From: Bacteroidota bacterium
Lineage (GTDB): Bacteria > Bacteroidota > Bacteroidia > Bacteroidales > JAHJDW01
Direction: 5' to 3'
Assembly: GCA_037139195.1 (NCBI GenBank)
Contig: JBAXGW010000019.1
Location: 1-62,812, forward strand
DNA: 62,812 nucleotides
Every line of letters starts with the position of its first letter. The stretch's first letter is position 1. The translations under genes and the position numbers were made by a program. The notes beneath the pieces were generated by a model that made no database searches, was not told the origin of the DNA, and was given only the letters and a program-made list of their open reading frames with translations. Positions 39,176 to 49,056 of the stretch are shown here, one piece after another.

Positions 39176-39973
39176 TTAATTTACCACCAATTTATAGTTG
39201 AAGTTTTGATTGTTTCTTTGAACTTTAACAAAATAAACACCTTCAGCAAATTTGTTTAAATCAATTGATTTAATGCCTGATAATTGAGTAAATGATTCAG
39301 CGTAAACTTCCACTCCAATTGCATTAATTAATTGAATTTTTGTGTCGGCTTTATTGTCTCCTAACTCTAAATTTAACTTGTCAGTAGTAGGATTAGGAAA
39401 AATACTTACATTCATATTGTTATCATTAATTCCAACAGTTGAAGGAGTCCAAGTTAAAGTCATGCTTGTAAAGTATGTAGTAGCTGTAGGTGTTTTACTG
39501 TCAACTGATGTGCCTTTAACAAAAGGAATAGATATAGAAGATGTGCTTAAACCATCACTATCCCAAGCTATTTCTACCCATAATGTATAATTGCCATCAT
39601 CAACTAAAGTCCCTGACACATCCGTTCCATTCCAAGTGATAGATCGGGCTCCATTATCGTACAATGTTGCTCCAGTTGTAGCGTCTGTAGTATTTCCACC
39701 TGATTTTAAATTCCAAAGTGTCAAGTCACTGATTTGATTTACAGCGTATTTAAGCTTAGTTTTTACAAAAGCATTTGAGCTGTTTTCTATCCAAATTGCT
39801 ATAACATGTCCTGCCTCGTTTCCGGTTTCACATGGACCGCATGTAAAACCTTGAGTAGTAACAGAGAATGTTAATAAACCAGGTGTTTTAACTGCAAAAG
39901 CCTGAGTTGATAGAGCAATAATACATACAGCTATTGCACTTTTTAATAAATTTAAAGTAAAAATTTTTTTCAT
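39176..39973 (-). CDS. DUF2271-like secreted protein with an ApbE-type flavinylation motif (DATTGAT) and a T9SS C-terminal sorting domain. The likely start is the MKKIF Met.
   Basis: Paralog of the 30801-31574 gene (HVIAIWIENSSNAFVKTKL; DATTGATL; SIFPNPTTDKLNLEL...GVYFVKVQ). Confidence 0.6.
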   Translation of the reverse strand: MKKIFTLNLLKSAIAVCIIALSTQAFAVKTPGLLTFSVTTQGFTCGPCETGNEAGHVIAIWIENSSNAFVKTKLKYAVNQISDLTLWNLKSGGNTTDATTGATLYDNGARSITWNGTDVSGTLVDDGNYTLWVEIAWDSDGLSTSSISIPFVKGTSVDSKTPTATTYFTSMTLTWTPSTVGINDNNMNVSIFPNPTTDKLNLELGDNKADTKIQLINAIGVEVYAESFTQLSGIKSIDLNKFAEGVYFVKVQRNNQNFNYKLVVN

Positions 39974-40079
39974 ATTTTTTTTTATTTGTTTGTATTCTAT
40001 CATGCAAAATTAGTAAAATTTATTGATAAAAAGGATGAGTAATCAAACCCATCCTTTTTATAAATATGAACTAATGATT

Positions 40080-42917
40080 TTATTTAGTAATAAGCATTTT
40101 ACTTTGTATGCTTTTCCCGTTGCCAACAACATCAATATAATATAAACCATTATTAAAGTTGGTAATATCATAGTTAACAACTGAAACATTTTCAGTTTTG
40201 GTAATTTTCTTTTCAGATATCAATTGACCAAAAGTATTAAATATTTTTATTGTAACATCTCCAGAAACGGCTTCGCCTAAAGAAATATTAAAGTTACCAT
40301 TGCTAGGATTAGGATAAACATTGACCCCATTATTAGATGTAGGAGCGTGAACACCTACTGTGCCTTCTGGATTCCAAGCTGTAACGATATTAATTAAACT
40401 AGTATCTGAAACTAAACCATGAACATCAGCAGCTGTCCCTTTAACAAATACAGTATCCCAGTTACAACCAACACCATTGAAAGCAGGTGTAGTTACTCCA
40501 TTAGATGTTGTAGCAATTAAATGTTCAGTATGGTCATTAAGGTCTAATTTGATTTTATATTGACCGTCATTTACTAAGTTTCCAAACATATCTTTTCCAT
40601 CCCAAGTAAGATTATATGTGATAGTCCAGTTATTTACTGCTTTAGAATATTGAGATGCACCCGAAATTACGTCTGGAGCTAAGCCGCCAAAATCTTTTTC
40701 GTAGAAGAATAATTCATAAGCATGGTTAGCACCGTAATGAACAATTGTTTTAATAGGTTTATCATTCATATCAGTAATATATGCAGCAAATACAGAGCAA
40801 CTGTCATATTTAGGATTTGTATTTAAATTTTGAGCCGTTCTTTTAGTCGTAACTGCAACTGTTAAATTTCCTGCAGTTTTTGTTCCAGTCCATGATAATG
40901 CAGGGTAGGTTGTAGGTGTGTAAGATCCTGTGTTATATGTTGTACCTGTTGTTGTTGCAGTTGTTTTTCCTGTTCTATCGACAGCTTCGCCTTCAAAATC
41001 ATAAAGCATCTGAAGATTAGCAGTTGTTAATGGAGTTGTTATCGCATTTGGTGTGGCTTTAGCAGCTAGTTCTGCAGCTGTTTTACAAACATCCCAAACT
41101 CTAATTTCATCAATGTTACCATTAAAATATTCGCTTGTTATTTTAGTTGTTGTTACACCACCTGTTGTTGATTTAGTAGCTAGTTTTTGACCTCCAATAT
41201 ATTTAATACTTATAGGTGCAACTGTAGCCTTTACAACTAATGAATCTATAAACGAGCCATTTAAATAAAGTTTTAGCGAAGCATTATTGTATGTTAAAGC
41301 AAGATGATTCCAATGATTACTATGCAAAAGATTATATACTTTTTTGCTTAAATGCGTTGGGACCGTAGCTGCTAATGTATCAAATCCATAAGTAATTACA
41401 TGTGCATTGCTAATTGCAATATAAGGTGCTCTTCTGTATTTAGATGCTGTTGCACTGCCATCAACGCTGTCGTTTCCAAAAATGTAACCTGCAGAGGTAA
41501 GGCTGTTTGGCATTACAAATGCTTCAACAGTGAAGTTTTGACCTAAAATTGGACCATTGTTTATAGAAACATTTGTAGAGTCAATTCTTGAAAAATTCAT
41601 TGAATGAGTCTGATTTGTTGGATTCCAAGCCATACTTATATTCAATAAACTAGTATCAGAAACAGTTCCATGAACATCTGCAGCCATTCCTTTTACAAAA
41701 ACTGTATCCCAGTTGCAGCCAACACCATTGAACGCAGGCGTTGTGACCCCATTAGATGTTGTTGCAAGTAAATGTTCAGTATGGTCATTAAGGTCTAATT
41801 TCAATTTATATTGACCGTCGTTCACTAAATTGCCAAACATATCTTTTCCATCCCATGTAAGATTGTATGTAATTGTCCAGTTATTTACAGCTTTTGAATA
41901 TTGAGAAGCACCTGAAATTACATCTGGAGCCATTCCGCCAAAGTCTTTTTCGTAGAAGAATAATTCATACGCATGGTTAGCACCATAATGAACAAGTGTT
42001 TTAATAGGTTTGTCATTCATGTCAGTTATATAGGCCGCAAATACAGAACAACTATCGTATTTTGGATTTGTATTTAAGTTTTGTGCTGTTCTTTTAGTTG
42101 TTACAGAAAAAGTTAATGTGCCATCTGTTTTTGTGCCAGTCCATGATAATGCAGGAAAAGATGTAGCTGTATATGATTCCGTACTATTAGTTGAGCCGGT
42201 GATAGTTGCTGTTGAATTACCTGTTTCATCAATAGCATCTCCATTAAAATCATAAAGCATTTTAAGATTTGGAGTAGTTAGAGGGGCTGTTATTGCATTT
42301 GGTGATGCGCTTGCAGTCAATTCAGCTGCTGATTTACAAACGTCCCAAACTCTAATTTCATCAATATTGCCATTAAAATATTCGCTTGTTATTTTAGTAG
42401 TTGTTACTCCACCAGTTGTTGATTTAGTAACTAGTTTTTGACCTCCAATATATTTAATTCTGATTGGAGCAACTGTAGTCTTTACAACTAATGAGTCTAT
42501 AAAAGAGCCATTTAAATAGAGTTTTAATGCAGTATTATTATAAGTTAAAGCAATATGATTCCAATGATTACTATGCAAAAGGTTATATACTTTTTTGCTT
42601 AAATGTGTTGGGACAGCAGCCACTAATGTATCGAATCCGTAAGTGATTACATGAGCATTGCTAACAGAAATATAAGGAGCTCTTCTGTATTTTGATGCTG
42701 TTGCGCTGGCATCTACACTGTCATTGCCAAAAATATATCCAGCAGAAGTGAGGCTAATTGGCTGAATAAAAGCCTCAATTGTGAAGTTTTGACCTAAAAT
42801 AGGTCCATTGTTAATTGTTACGTTTGTTGAATCAATTCTCGAAAAATTCAAAGAGTTTTGTGCGCCTGCTGCTCCAACAAAAAACAGCAAAATTAATCCA
42901 AGTAGGTGTTTTCTCAT
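40080..42917 (-). CDS. Large secreted protein: two tandem [LamG/concanavalin-like + DUF2271-like flavinylation (DVISGAS)] modules followed by a T9SS C-terminal sorting domain
   Basis: Signal peptide. Two ~420-aa modules about 90% identical. LamG hallmarks (NGNIDEIRVWD). DVISGAS in each module. C-terminal VNVYPNPSNGNFNISL...GLYYIDVV Por_Secre_tail. Confidence 0.65.
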   Translation of the reverse strand: MRKHLLGLILLFFVGAAGAQNSLNFSRIDSTNVTINNGPILGQNFTIEAFIQPISLTSAGYIFGNDSVDASATASKYRRAPYISVSNAHVITYGFDTLVAAVPTHLSKKVYNLLHSNHWNHIALTYNNTALKLYLNGSFIDSLVVKTTVAPIRIKYIGGQKLVTKSTTGGVTTTKITSEYFNGNIDEIRVWDVCKSAAELTASASPNAITAPLTTPNLKMLYDFNGDAIDETGNSTATITGSTNSTESYTATSFPALSWTGTKTDGTLTFSVTTKRTAQNLNTNPKYDSCSVFAAYITDMNDKPIKTLVHYGANHAYELFFYEKDFGGMAPDVISGASQYSKAVNNWTITYNLTWDGKDMFGNLVNDGQYKLKLDLNDHTEHLLATTSNGVTTPAFNGVGCNWDTVFVKGMAADVHGTVSDTSLLNISMAWNPTNQTHSMNFSRIDSTNVSINNGPILGQNFTVEAFVMPNSLTSAGYIFGNDSVDGSATASKYRRAPYIAISNAHVITYGFDTLAATVPTHLSKKVYNLLHSNHWNHLALTYNNASLKLYLNGSFIDSLVVKATVAPISIKYIGGQKLATKSTTGGVTTTKITSEYFNGNIDEIRVWDVCKTAAELAAKATPNAITTPLTTANLQMLYDFEGEAVDRTGKTTATTTGTTYNTGSYTPTTYPALSWTGTKTAGNLTVAVTTKRTAQNLNTNPKYDSCSVFAAYITDMNDKPIKTIVHYGANHAYELFFYEKDFGGLAPDVISGASQYSKAVNNWTITYNLTWDGKDMFGNLVNDGQYKIKLDLNDHTEHLIATTSNGVTTPAFNGVGCNWDTVFVKGTAADVHGLVSDTSLINIVTAWNPEGTVGVHAPTSNNGVNVYPNPSNGNFNISLGEAVSGDVTIKIFNTFGQLISEKKITKTENVSVVNYDITNFNNGLYYIDVVGNGKSIQSKMLITK
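40376..42895. repeat. Direct tandem duplication of ~1.26 kb inside the gene (units at roughly 40376-41634 and 41636-42895, ~90% nucleotide identity)
   Basis: Long collinear stretches of the two DNA segments align directly (for example 40381-40900 against 41641-42160). Confidence 0.8.
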
Positions 42918-43306
42918 TTTTTTTATAAATTTAATTAATACTAAGTTTTTCTTTTTTAATCCTATAAGTTTTAAGGGATATTATTCAAATAACGAAAAAA
43001 ATATGATGTAAAAAAAATTTTCTGTTAAATAAATAACACTTTAGTTAAAAAAATAACGCTCTTGTTAGTATAATAACAATTATATGTACAATTACATAGT
43101 AAAGTGAGCATTAAATATATTAACATTACTTTGGTTAACTAGTAGATAATCAGAAGGTATTGGGGGCGTTTTGATATGTTATTTGTTTTGCAAAAAATAA
43201 TAATAAATATAAGAATCTATTATTCTATTCGTATTCAAAGGGTTTTAGATTTGTTAAAGTATTTGGAAGGAAATGAATGGTATTTATTCTAAATCATAAA
43301 ATATAC

Positions 43307-44359
43307 CTATTTTATTTTGTTTGCTAATTGACCACATGCGGCATCAATATCTTTTCCTCTGCTTTTCCTCAAATTAACAATCATATTTTTGCTATCAAGA
43401 TAGTTTTTAAATGCTTCTACTTTTTTATTGTCAGAAGGGGAGTACCTGATGCCATCAACGCTGTTAAACTCTATCAGATTCACTTTTACTGGGAAGCGAC
43501 GACAAAACAGGGCTAAATTTGTTGCATCTTCTATGCTGTCGTTTACATTGTTAAGTAGTAAATATTCAATAGTAATTCGAGCTTCGGTTTTTTTGTGGAA
43601 ATAATCTAAAGCATCTGATATTTCAGAAAGTGTGTGATTTAAGTTAGCAGGTATTATTTGATTTCTTAATTGATCAGTAGCAGCGTGGAGTGATATTGCT
43701 AAATTATACTTAATTTGGTCATCTGCAAGTTGTCGAATCATCTTTGGAATCCCCACTGTAGATAAGGTTATTCTGCTAGGCGACATGCCCATTCCATTGT
43801 TTGAAGTTAATAACGATATGCTTTCCTTTACGTTTTTGTAATTAAGTAGAGGTTCGCCCATTCCCATTATTACAATATTTGATAAACTTTGTTTGTAAAT
43901 AAGTAATGATAATTGATTAATTTCTACAACCTGATTATATATTTCTGAAACCGATAAGTTCCTTTTAAATCCGAGTTGGGCTGTTGCACAGAATTCGCAT
44001 CGCATTGCACAGCCAACTTGAGTTGATATACATGCTGTAGTGCGATTTTCCGCTGGTATTAATACGCCTTCTATTAGAGATGAGTCGTGCAACGAAAATC
44101 CAAGTTTTATAGTGCCATCATTACTTTTTTGTTCGTAGGAAATTGATAGCTTGTCGATAAAATATTGTTCTGAAATGGCTGATATTAATAATTTGGGGAT
44201 ATTGCTCATTTCCGAAAAACTCTTCGCATTTTTCTTCCATAACCATTCAAAGATTTGTTTTGCTCGAAATTTTTTTTCTCCAAAGTTCTCTATTACAATA
44301 GATAATTCTTCTAATGTTAGCGATTTAATATCTGTTAGTTGGTTATTTGCCATTTGCAT
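43307..44359 (-). CDS. rlmN: 23S rRNA (adenine2503-C2) / tRNA methyltransferase, radical SAM
   Basis: CAMRCEFCAT radical-SAM cysteine motif, MGMGEPLLN, and the C-terminal catalytic Cys region (DAACGQL). Confidence 0.85.
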   Translation of the reverse strand: MQMANNQLTDIKSLTLEELSIVIENFGEKKFRAKQIFEWLWKKNAKSFSEMSNIPKLLISAISEQYFIDKLSISYEQKSNDGTIKLGFSLHDSSLIEGVLIPAENRTTACISTQVGCAMRCEFCATAQLGFKRNLSVSEIYNQVVEINQLSLLIYKQSLSNIVIMGMGEPLLNYKNVKESISLLTSNNGMGMSPSRITLSTVGIPKMIRQLADDQIKYNLAISLHAATDQLRNQIIPANLNHTLSEISDALDYFHKKTEARITIEYLLLNNVNDSIEDATNLALFCRRFPVKVNLIEFNSVDGIRYSPSDNKKVEAFKNYLDSKNMIVNLRKSRGKDIDAACGQLANKIK

Positions 44360-45299
44360 ATTTTAATCCATTCATTCTAATTTGATTTAATTCTTTTGCA
44401 GAAAAAACGTTATTATTATACAAAAGTAAATATTCATCGCTTACGGTGTTGTTAAAAAATAAAATGTCGTCGGAATTAATAGTAACTAAGACTCCTTCAT
44501 CAAATAATAATTTTATTGGATGTTGTTTAATATTATTAACTCTTTTTAAATGTAAATTACTACTTGGGCAAATATTTAGTTGAATTTTATTATCAATTAA
44601 AAATCGTATAACTTCTTTTGATTGTGCAGCATTAATTCCATGCTGAATAGAGCTTACTTCTAGAATATCAATAGTTTCTCTTACAAAATTAGCATTTCTA
44701 AATTCGCCTGCATGAGCTGTTAATTCTAATTTATTCTTGCTTGCATATTTGTATATTGATTTAAAATCTTTAATGTTTCCTATATTTTCATCGCCGTATA
44801 AGTCAATTGACTTAAAATATCCCGTATCAATTAATGGGAGAACAATTTTTTCAAGCTCTCTAGCTGGCACATTTCTGCTCATCCCAATTTCTGGTAGGAA
44901 TGTTAACTCGGGAGCAATCGCTTTTTGAATAGTCTCTATAAATTTAGCAAACTTAGATCCGTTACAGTCAAATAGGTGAGTAAACCAACAGTCAATACTC
45001 ATTTTTAGAACTTTAACGCCATCATTTTCAGCCTCTTCAAAAGCTGATTTAATAGCAAAATTATATCCATCAATGGTTTTATAGTAAGGTCGTAGAATTT
45101 GTGCAATATAATTAGTCATTTCTTCAATAGAATCCATTTGTGTAGGAGGAGATATAATAGTCTCGCCATATTTGATTTTCAATTTTTCAAATTTAAAACC
45201 AAGCCCACTATGATTGTGTAAATCCGATTTTTCTATGCTTTTTAGCAGTGGCAAATCGTTTTCAACAAGAGCTTTATCGAATAATTGAAATTCAGTCAT
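44343..45299 (-). CDS. Adenosine/AMP deaminase-family metallohydrolase
   Basis: SDLHNHSGL (HxH metal ligands), HAGE and TINSDD motifs of the adenosine-deaminase fold. Overlaps rlmN by 17 bp. Confidence 0.6.
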   Translation of the reverse strand: MTEFQLFDKALVENDLPLLKSIEKSDLHNHSGLGFKFEKLKIKYGETIISPPTQMDSIEEMTNYIAQILRPYYKTIDGYNFAIKSAFEEAENDGVKVLKMSIDCWFTHLFDCNGSKFAKFIETIQKAIAPELTFLPEIGMSRNVPARELEKIVLPLIDTGYFKSIDLYGDENIGNIKDFKSIYKYASKNKLELTAHAGEFRNANFVRETIDILEVSSIQHGINAAQSKEVIRFLIDNKIQLNICPSSNLHLKRVNNIKQHPIKLLFDEGVLVTINSDDILFFNNTVSDEYLLLYNNNVFSAKELNQIRMNGLKYANGK

Positions 45300-45525
45300 T
45301 CTATGAATATAATAATTTTTTACACTATATTTTTACAAAAAAGAAGTGTTTTAAAAGTGAGAATTATTAGCAGGCAATCTATTACGCTGCTTTTTTTAGT
45401 TATTTCGTTTTAAAGTGCAGTATAAAAAACTACTAAATATAAAAACTACAACTATTAATTTCCATCTTTTTAAAACACCTCTAATAAATTCAATATATTT
45501 TTGAAAAGAAAATGGATTTTAGTTA

Positions 45526-46065
45526 CTACCACTCTTCTTTCTTAACCGCAGCTGGTTGAAGCATTGCTTTTTTTAGTTGTTTGATTAGGTCTTTTGCAAA
45601 TTCATCAATTTGTTTTAAGTGAGCATCATGAAGTGGGTCATTAATCCATTTTTCTAAAGGAAGAGCAGATGCCGCTTTAACATTAAAATCGGTTAATGTG
45701 AATTTATACCTGCCATCTTTAAAATTGATAGTTAAAACGTAATTAATAATATTTGAAGCTTTAGTCATATCTAGTTTGCCATCTTTGTCTACATTATATA
45801 TCTTAAAACGATGTTTGCATATAATTTGACCACTTTCTTTATCGCGAGTACTTGTTGCTTCAGTTGGATTTACATAAAATTTATTTATAAAATTTTCAAT
45901 ACAGCGATTAAAAAGATCAGCGGGTAAACCAGGAGTCTGAATCACATCGGAATAAAGAAATTTTGTTTTAGTTTCATCCATAGGCATTTTAGGAGCTTGA
46001 GCCCAAGAATTATTAAGCATAACCGTTAAAAGGAATGCAATTGAAATAAATTTAAAAGATTTCAT
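45526..46065 (-). CDS. Secreted DUF4468-like protein
   Basis: Signal peptide. About 180 aa with a C-terminal helical region (Bacteroidota-type DUF4468 architecture). Confidence 0.4.
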   Translation of the reverse strand: MKSFKFISIAFLLTVMLNNSWAQAPKMPMDETKTKFLYSDVIQTPGLPADLFNRCIENFINKFYVNPTEATSTRDKESGQIICKHRFKIYNVDKDGKLDMTKASNIINYVLTINFKDGRYKFTLTDFNVKAASALPLEKWINDPLHDAHLKQIDEFAKDLIKQLKKAMLQPAAVKKEEW

Positions 46066-46117
46066 AGTATTAAATTTAAGATTATTAATTTTTATTAAAA
46101 CAAATATACTATATTTT

Positions 46118-46810
46118 TTAGTACAAAGATTTTGCCAAAAAATTATTTTTTAATATTGATTCTGCAATTATTAAATCTGAAGGTGTTGTAATTTTTATAT
46201 TTTCATAATTCCCTTCAACAAGCGAAATTTTAACACCTAATTTTTCTACTACGCTTGCATCATCGGTAAATTTTTGTTGAAATAATTGTGTATATGCTTT
46301 TTTAATAACTTCTAATTTAAACGATTGAGGTGTTTGAACTAGTCGATAATTTTTTCTGTCTAAAGCTTTATGAGAATTGGGTTCAACTAATCGGATTGAT
46401 TCTTTTAATTCAACTACAGGAATTGATGCTCCATGAATTTTTGCGGCTTCAATGCAATTATTAATTGTTTTGTGGTTAACTAGAGGTCGAACTCCATCGT
46501 GTATAGAAACAATTGCATCATTGCAATTAATTGATTCAATAGCGTTTCTCACGGAGTAGAATCGTTCTTCGCCTCCAGAAATAATTGTATGTGGAATTTT
46601 GATGTTGTATTTTTTAATTATTGTTTTCCATTCGTCAATTTTATTGCTTGGAAGCACAACAATAATTTCGGCATTTGAATCAAACAAATAAAATGTTGAA
46701 ATAGTGTGATGCAAAATAGTTTTATTTCCAAGTTCAATAAATTGTTTAGGGGTAGTGGCGTTCATCCGAACTCCGCTACCCCCAGCAACTATAATGAATA
46801 TATTTTTCAA
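46118..46810 (-). CDS. ispD: 2-C-methyl-D-erythritol 4-phosphate cytidylyltransferase
   Basis: IIVAGGSGVRM..PKQF N-terminal nucleotide-binding motif. Confidence 0.8.
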   Translation of the reverse strand: MKNIFIIVAGGSGVRMNATTPKQFIELGNKTILHHTISTFYLFDSNAEIIVVLPSNKIDEWKTIIKKYNIKIPHTIISGGEERFYSVRNAIESINCNDAIVSIHDGVRPLVNHKTINNCIEAAKIHGASIPVVELKESIRLVEPNSHKALDRKNYRLVQTPQSFKLEVIKKAYTQLFQQKFTDDASVVEKLGVKISLVEGNYENIKITTPSDLIIAESILKNNFLAKSLY

Positions 46811-46819
46811 TTTTAACTT

Positions 46820-47869
46820 TTATAAAATTAACATAGCATCACCATAAGTGAAAAATTTATATTTTTCTTTAACGGCAACATTGTATGCTTCGATTAGGAA
46901 ATCATGACCAGCAAATGAGGATGCCATCATCATTAAAGTTGAAAGAGGCAAATGGAAATTTGTAACCATTGCATTTGCAATACTAAAATCATAAGGAGGA
47001 AAAATAAATTTATTTGTCCATCCGCTATATGGTTTCAACATTCCTCCTGTAGAAACAGATGTTTCCATAGCTTTCATAGATGTAGTGCCTATGGCAATAA
47101 CATTTTTTCTGAGTTCTTTTGCTTGGTTGACAATTTTTACAGCTGCATCTTCAATAAGAATTTGCTCTGAATCCATTTTGTGTTTTGTTAGGTCTTCAAC
47201 ATCCACACTTCTGAAATTGCCTAATCCAGCGTGCAAAGTTACTTCGGCAAAATTAATTCCTTTTAGCTCCAAACGTTTCATAAGTTCGCGACTAAAGTGA
47301 AGACCAGCAGTAGGAGCAGCTACAGCACCTTCGTGTTTAGCATAAACAGTTTGGTACCGTTCTTTATCTTCTGGACTTACACTTCGTTTAACAACTTTAG
47401 GTACTGGTGTTTGTCCCAATTCTTCTATTTGTGCTTTAAATTCTTCGTAAGGTCCATCAAAAAGAAATCTAAGAGTTCTTCCTCTTGATGTAGTATTGTC
47501 AATTACTTCGGCAACTAATGAATCGTTATCGCCAAAGTATAATTTGTTTCCAATTCTTATTTTTCTTGCAGGGTCAACCAGAACATCCCATAATTTTACT
47601 TCACGGTTTAATTCTCTCAATAAAAATACTTCAATTTTGGCGCCTGTTTTTTCTTTAGTGCCATATAAGCGAGCTGGAAAAACTTTCGTATTATTAACAA
47701 CCATCACATCTCCATCGTTAAAATAATCAAGTATATTGTGGAAGATTTTGTGCTCTATAGTTCCAGTTTTTCTGTTCAAAACCATAAGTCTTGATTCATC
47801 TCTATTGTCAGCAGGGCTGGAAGCAATAAGCTCGGCAGGAAGATTGTACCTAAAATCAGATAATTTCAT
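46820..47869 (-). CDS. queA: S-adenosylmethionine:tRNA ribosyltransferase-isomerase
   Basis: [19 protein letters not shown]...DESRLMVL N-terminus and the [10 protein letters not shown] motif. Confidence 0.9.
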   Translation of the reverse strand: MKLSDFRYNLPAELIASSPADNRDESRLMVLNRKTGTIEHKIFHNILDYFNDGDVMVVNNTKVFPARLYGTKEKTGAKIEVFLLRELNREVKLWDVLVDPARKIRIGNKLYFGDNDSLVAEVIDNTTSRGRTLRFLFDGPYEEFKAQIEELGQTPVPKVVKRSVSPEDKERYQTVYAKHEGAVAAPTAGLHFSRELMKRLELKGINFAEVTLHAGLGNFRSVDVEDLTKHKMDSEQILIEDAAVKIVNQAKELRKNVIAIGTTSMKAMETSVSTGGMLKPYSGWTNKFIFPPYDFSIANAMVTNFHLPLSTLMMMASSFAGHDFLIEAYNVAVKEKYKFFTYGDAMLIL

Positions 47870-48023
47870 AGTATTTTTAAAAGTTTAATTATAAAGAACT
47901 TGTTAATAGGGATACAAATATAATACATAAAACAAGGGAAGTAAAGGACTATTTTTTAATTCCCTGATAAATAGACGTTATTTTGTAAAAATAAATATTT
48001 GTTCAATAATTTATTGAAGATTT

Positions 48024-49046
48024 TTAGTATGCGGATTTAAATTGTTCTAAAAATCGAACATCGTTTTCTGAAAACATTCTTAAATCTTTTACTTGGTATT
48101 TTAGGTTTGTAATACGTTCAATTCCCATTCCAAAGGCAAAGCCAGTATATTCTTTGCTATTGATGCCACAGTTGTCGAGTACATTTGGATCTACCATTCC
48201 ACAGCCTAGTATTTCTACCCAGCCAGTATGTTTGCAGAAAGCACAGCCTTCGCCTCCACATAAGTTGCATGAAATATCCATTTCTGCAGACGGCTCTGTA
48301 AAAGGGAAATAGGAGGGGCGTAGTCTTATTTTTGTGTTGTCGCCAAACATTTCTTTTGCAAAATATAGCAGGGTTTGCTTTAAATCAGCAAAAGAAACAT
48401 TTTTGTCGATATATAAACCTTCAACTTGATGGAAAAAACAATGTGCTCGTGCTGAAATAGCTTCATTTCTATAAACTCTGCCCGGCATAATCATTCGAAT
48501 AGGCGGTTTTGAAGTTTCCATAATTCGCACTTGAACAGATGATGTATGCGTACGCAAAGCAATGTCAGGATTTTTATCGATAAAAAAAGTATCTTGCATA
48601 TCTCTGGCAGGGTGCTCTTCTGGGAAATTTAATGCAGAAAAAATATGCCAATCATCTTCAATTTCGGGGCCTTCAGCAACGGTAAATCCAATCTTAGAAA
48701 ATATTTCAATCATTTCGTTTCTAACGATTGTCAAAGGATGTCTTGCTCCAATTTCAGAATGTGAAACAGGTCGAGTGATGTCTATATTTGAATCAACAGA
48801 ACTATTTTCTTGTTCGAATTTTTCTTTGAAAGCATCTAATTTTTCTTGAACTTTATTTTTTAATGTGTTTAATAAAATTCCAACATCTTTTCGGTCTTCA
48901 GGAATAACATTTTTGAAGTCGGAAAAAAGATCGTTTAATTTTCCTTTTTTCCCTAAGTAATTAATTCTGAATTGTTCGGTCTCTTCTTTGCTTTGGGCAA
49001 TAAATAGTTCAACTTCAGCTATGAAGCTATTAATTTTTTCACGCAT
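48024..49046 (-). CDS. pheS: Phenylalanine--tRNA ligase alpha subunit
   Basis: Class II aaRS motifs (FRNE..SARAHCFFHQVEG; GFAFGMGIERI). Confidence 0.9.
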   Translation of the reverse strand: MREKINSFIAEVELFIAQSKEETEQFRINYLGKKGKLNDLFSDFKNVIPEDRKDVGILLNTLKNKVQEKLDAFKEKFEQENSSVDSNIDITRPVSHSEIGARHPLTIVRNEMIEIFSKIGFTVAEGPEIEDDWHIFSALNFPEEHPARDMQDTFFIDKNPDIALRTHTSSVQVRIMETSKPPIRMIMPGRVYRNEAISARAHCFFHQVEGLYIDKNVSFADLKQTLLYFAKEMFGDNTKIRLRPSYFPFTEPSAEMDISCNLCGGEGCAFCKHTGWVEILGCGMVDPNVLDNCGINSKEYTGFAFGMGIERITNLKYQVKDLRMFSENDVRFLEQFKSAY

Positions 49047-49056
49047 ATTTTAAAAA

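Noticed and set aside
40080-42917. Two separate adjacent paralogous genes rather than one duplicated gene
   Set aside because: The reading frame is continuous through the junction (…NPTNQTHSMNFSRIDSTNV…). There is no stop, no signal peptide and no T9SS tail at the boundary, so this is one ORF with an internal duplication.
43000-43306. Possible mobile element or integrase remnant in the 390-bp AT-rich gap upstream of the large T9SS gene
   Set aside because: No ORF, no inverted-repeat termini and no att-like direct repeats were visible. It is most simply a long promoter/5'-UTR region.
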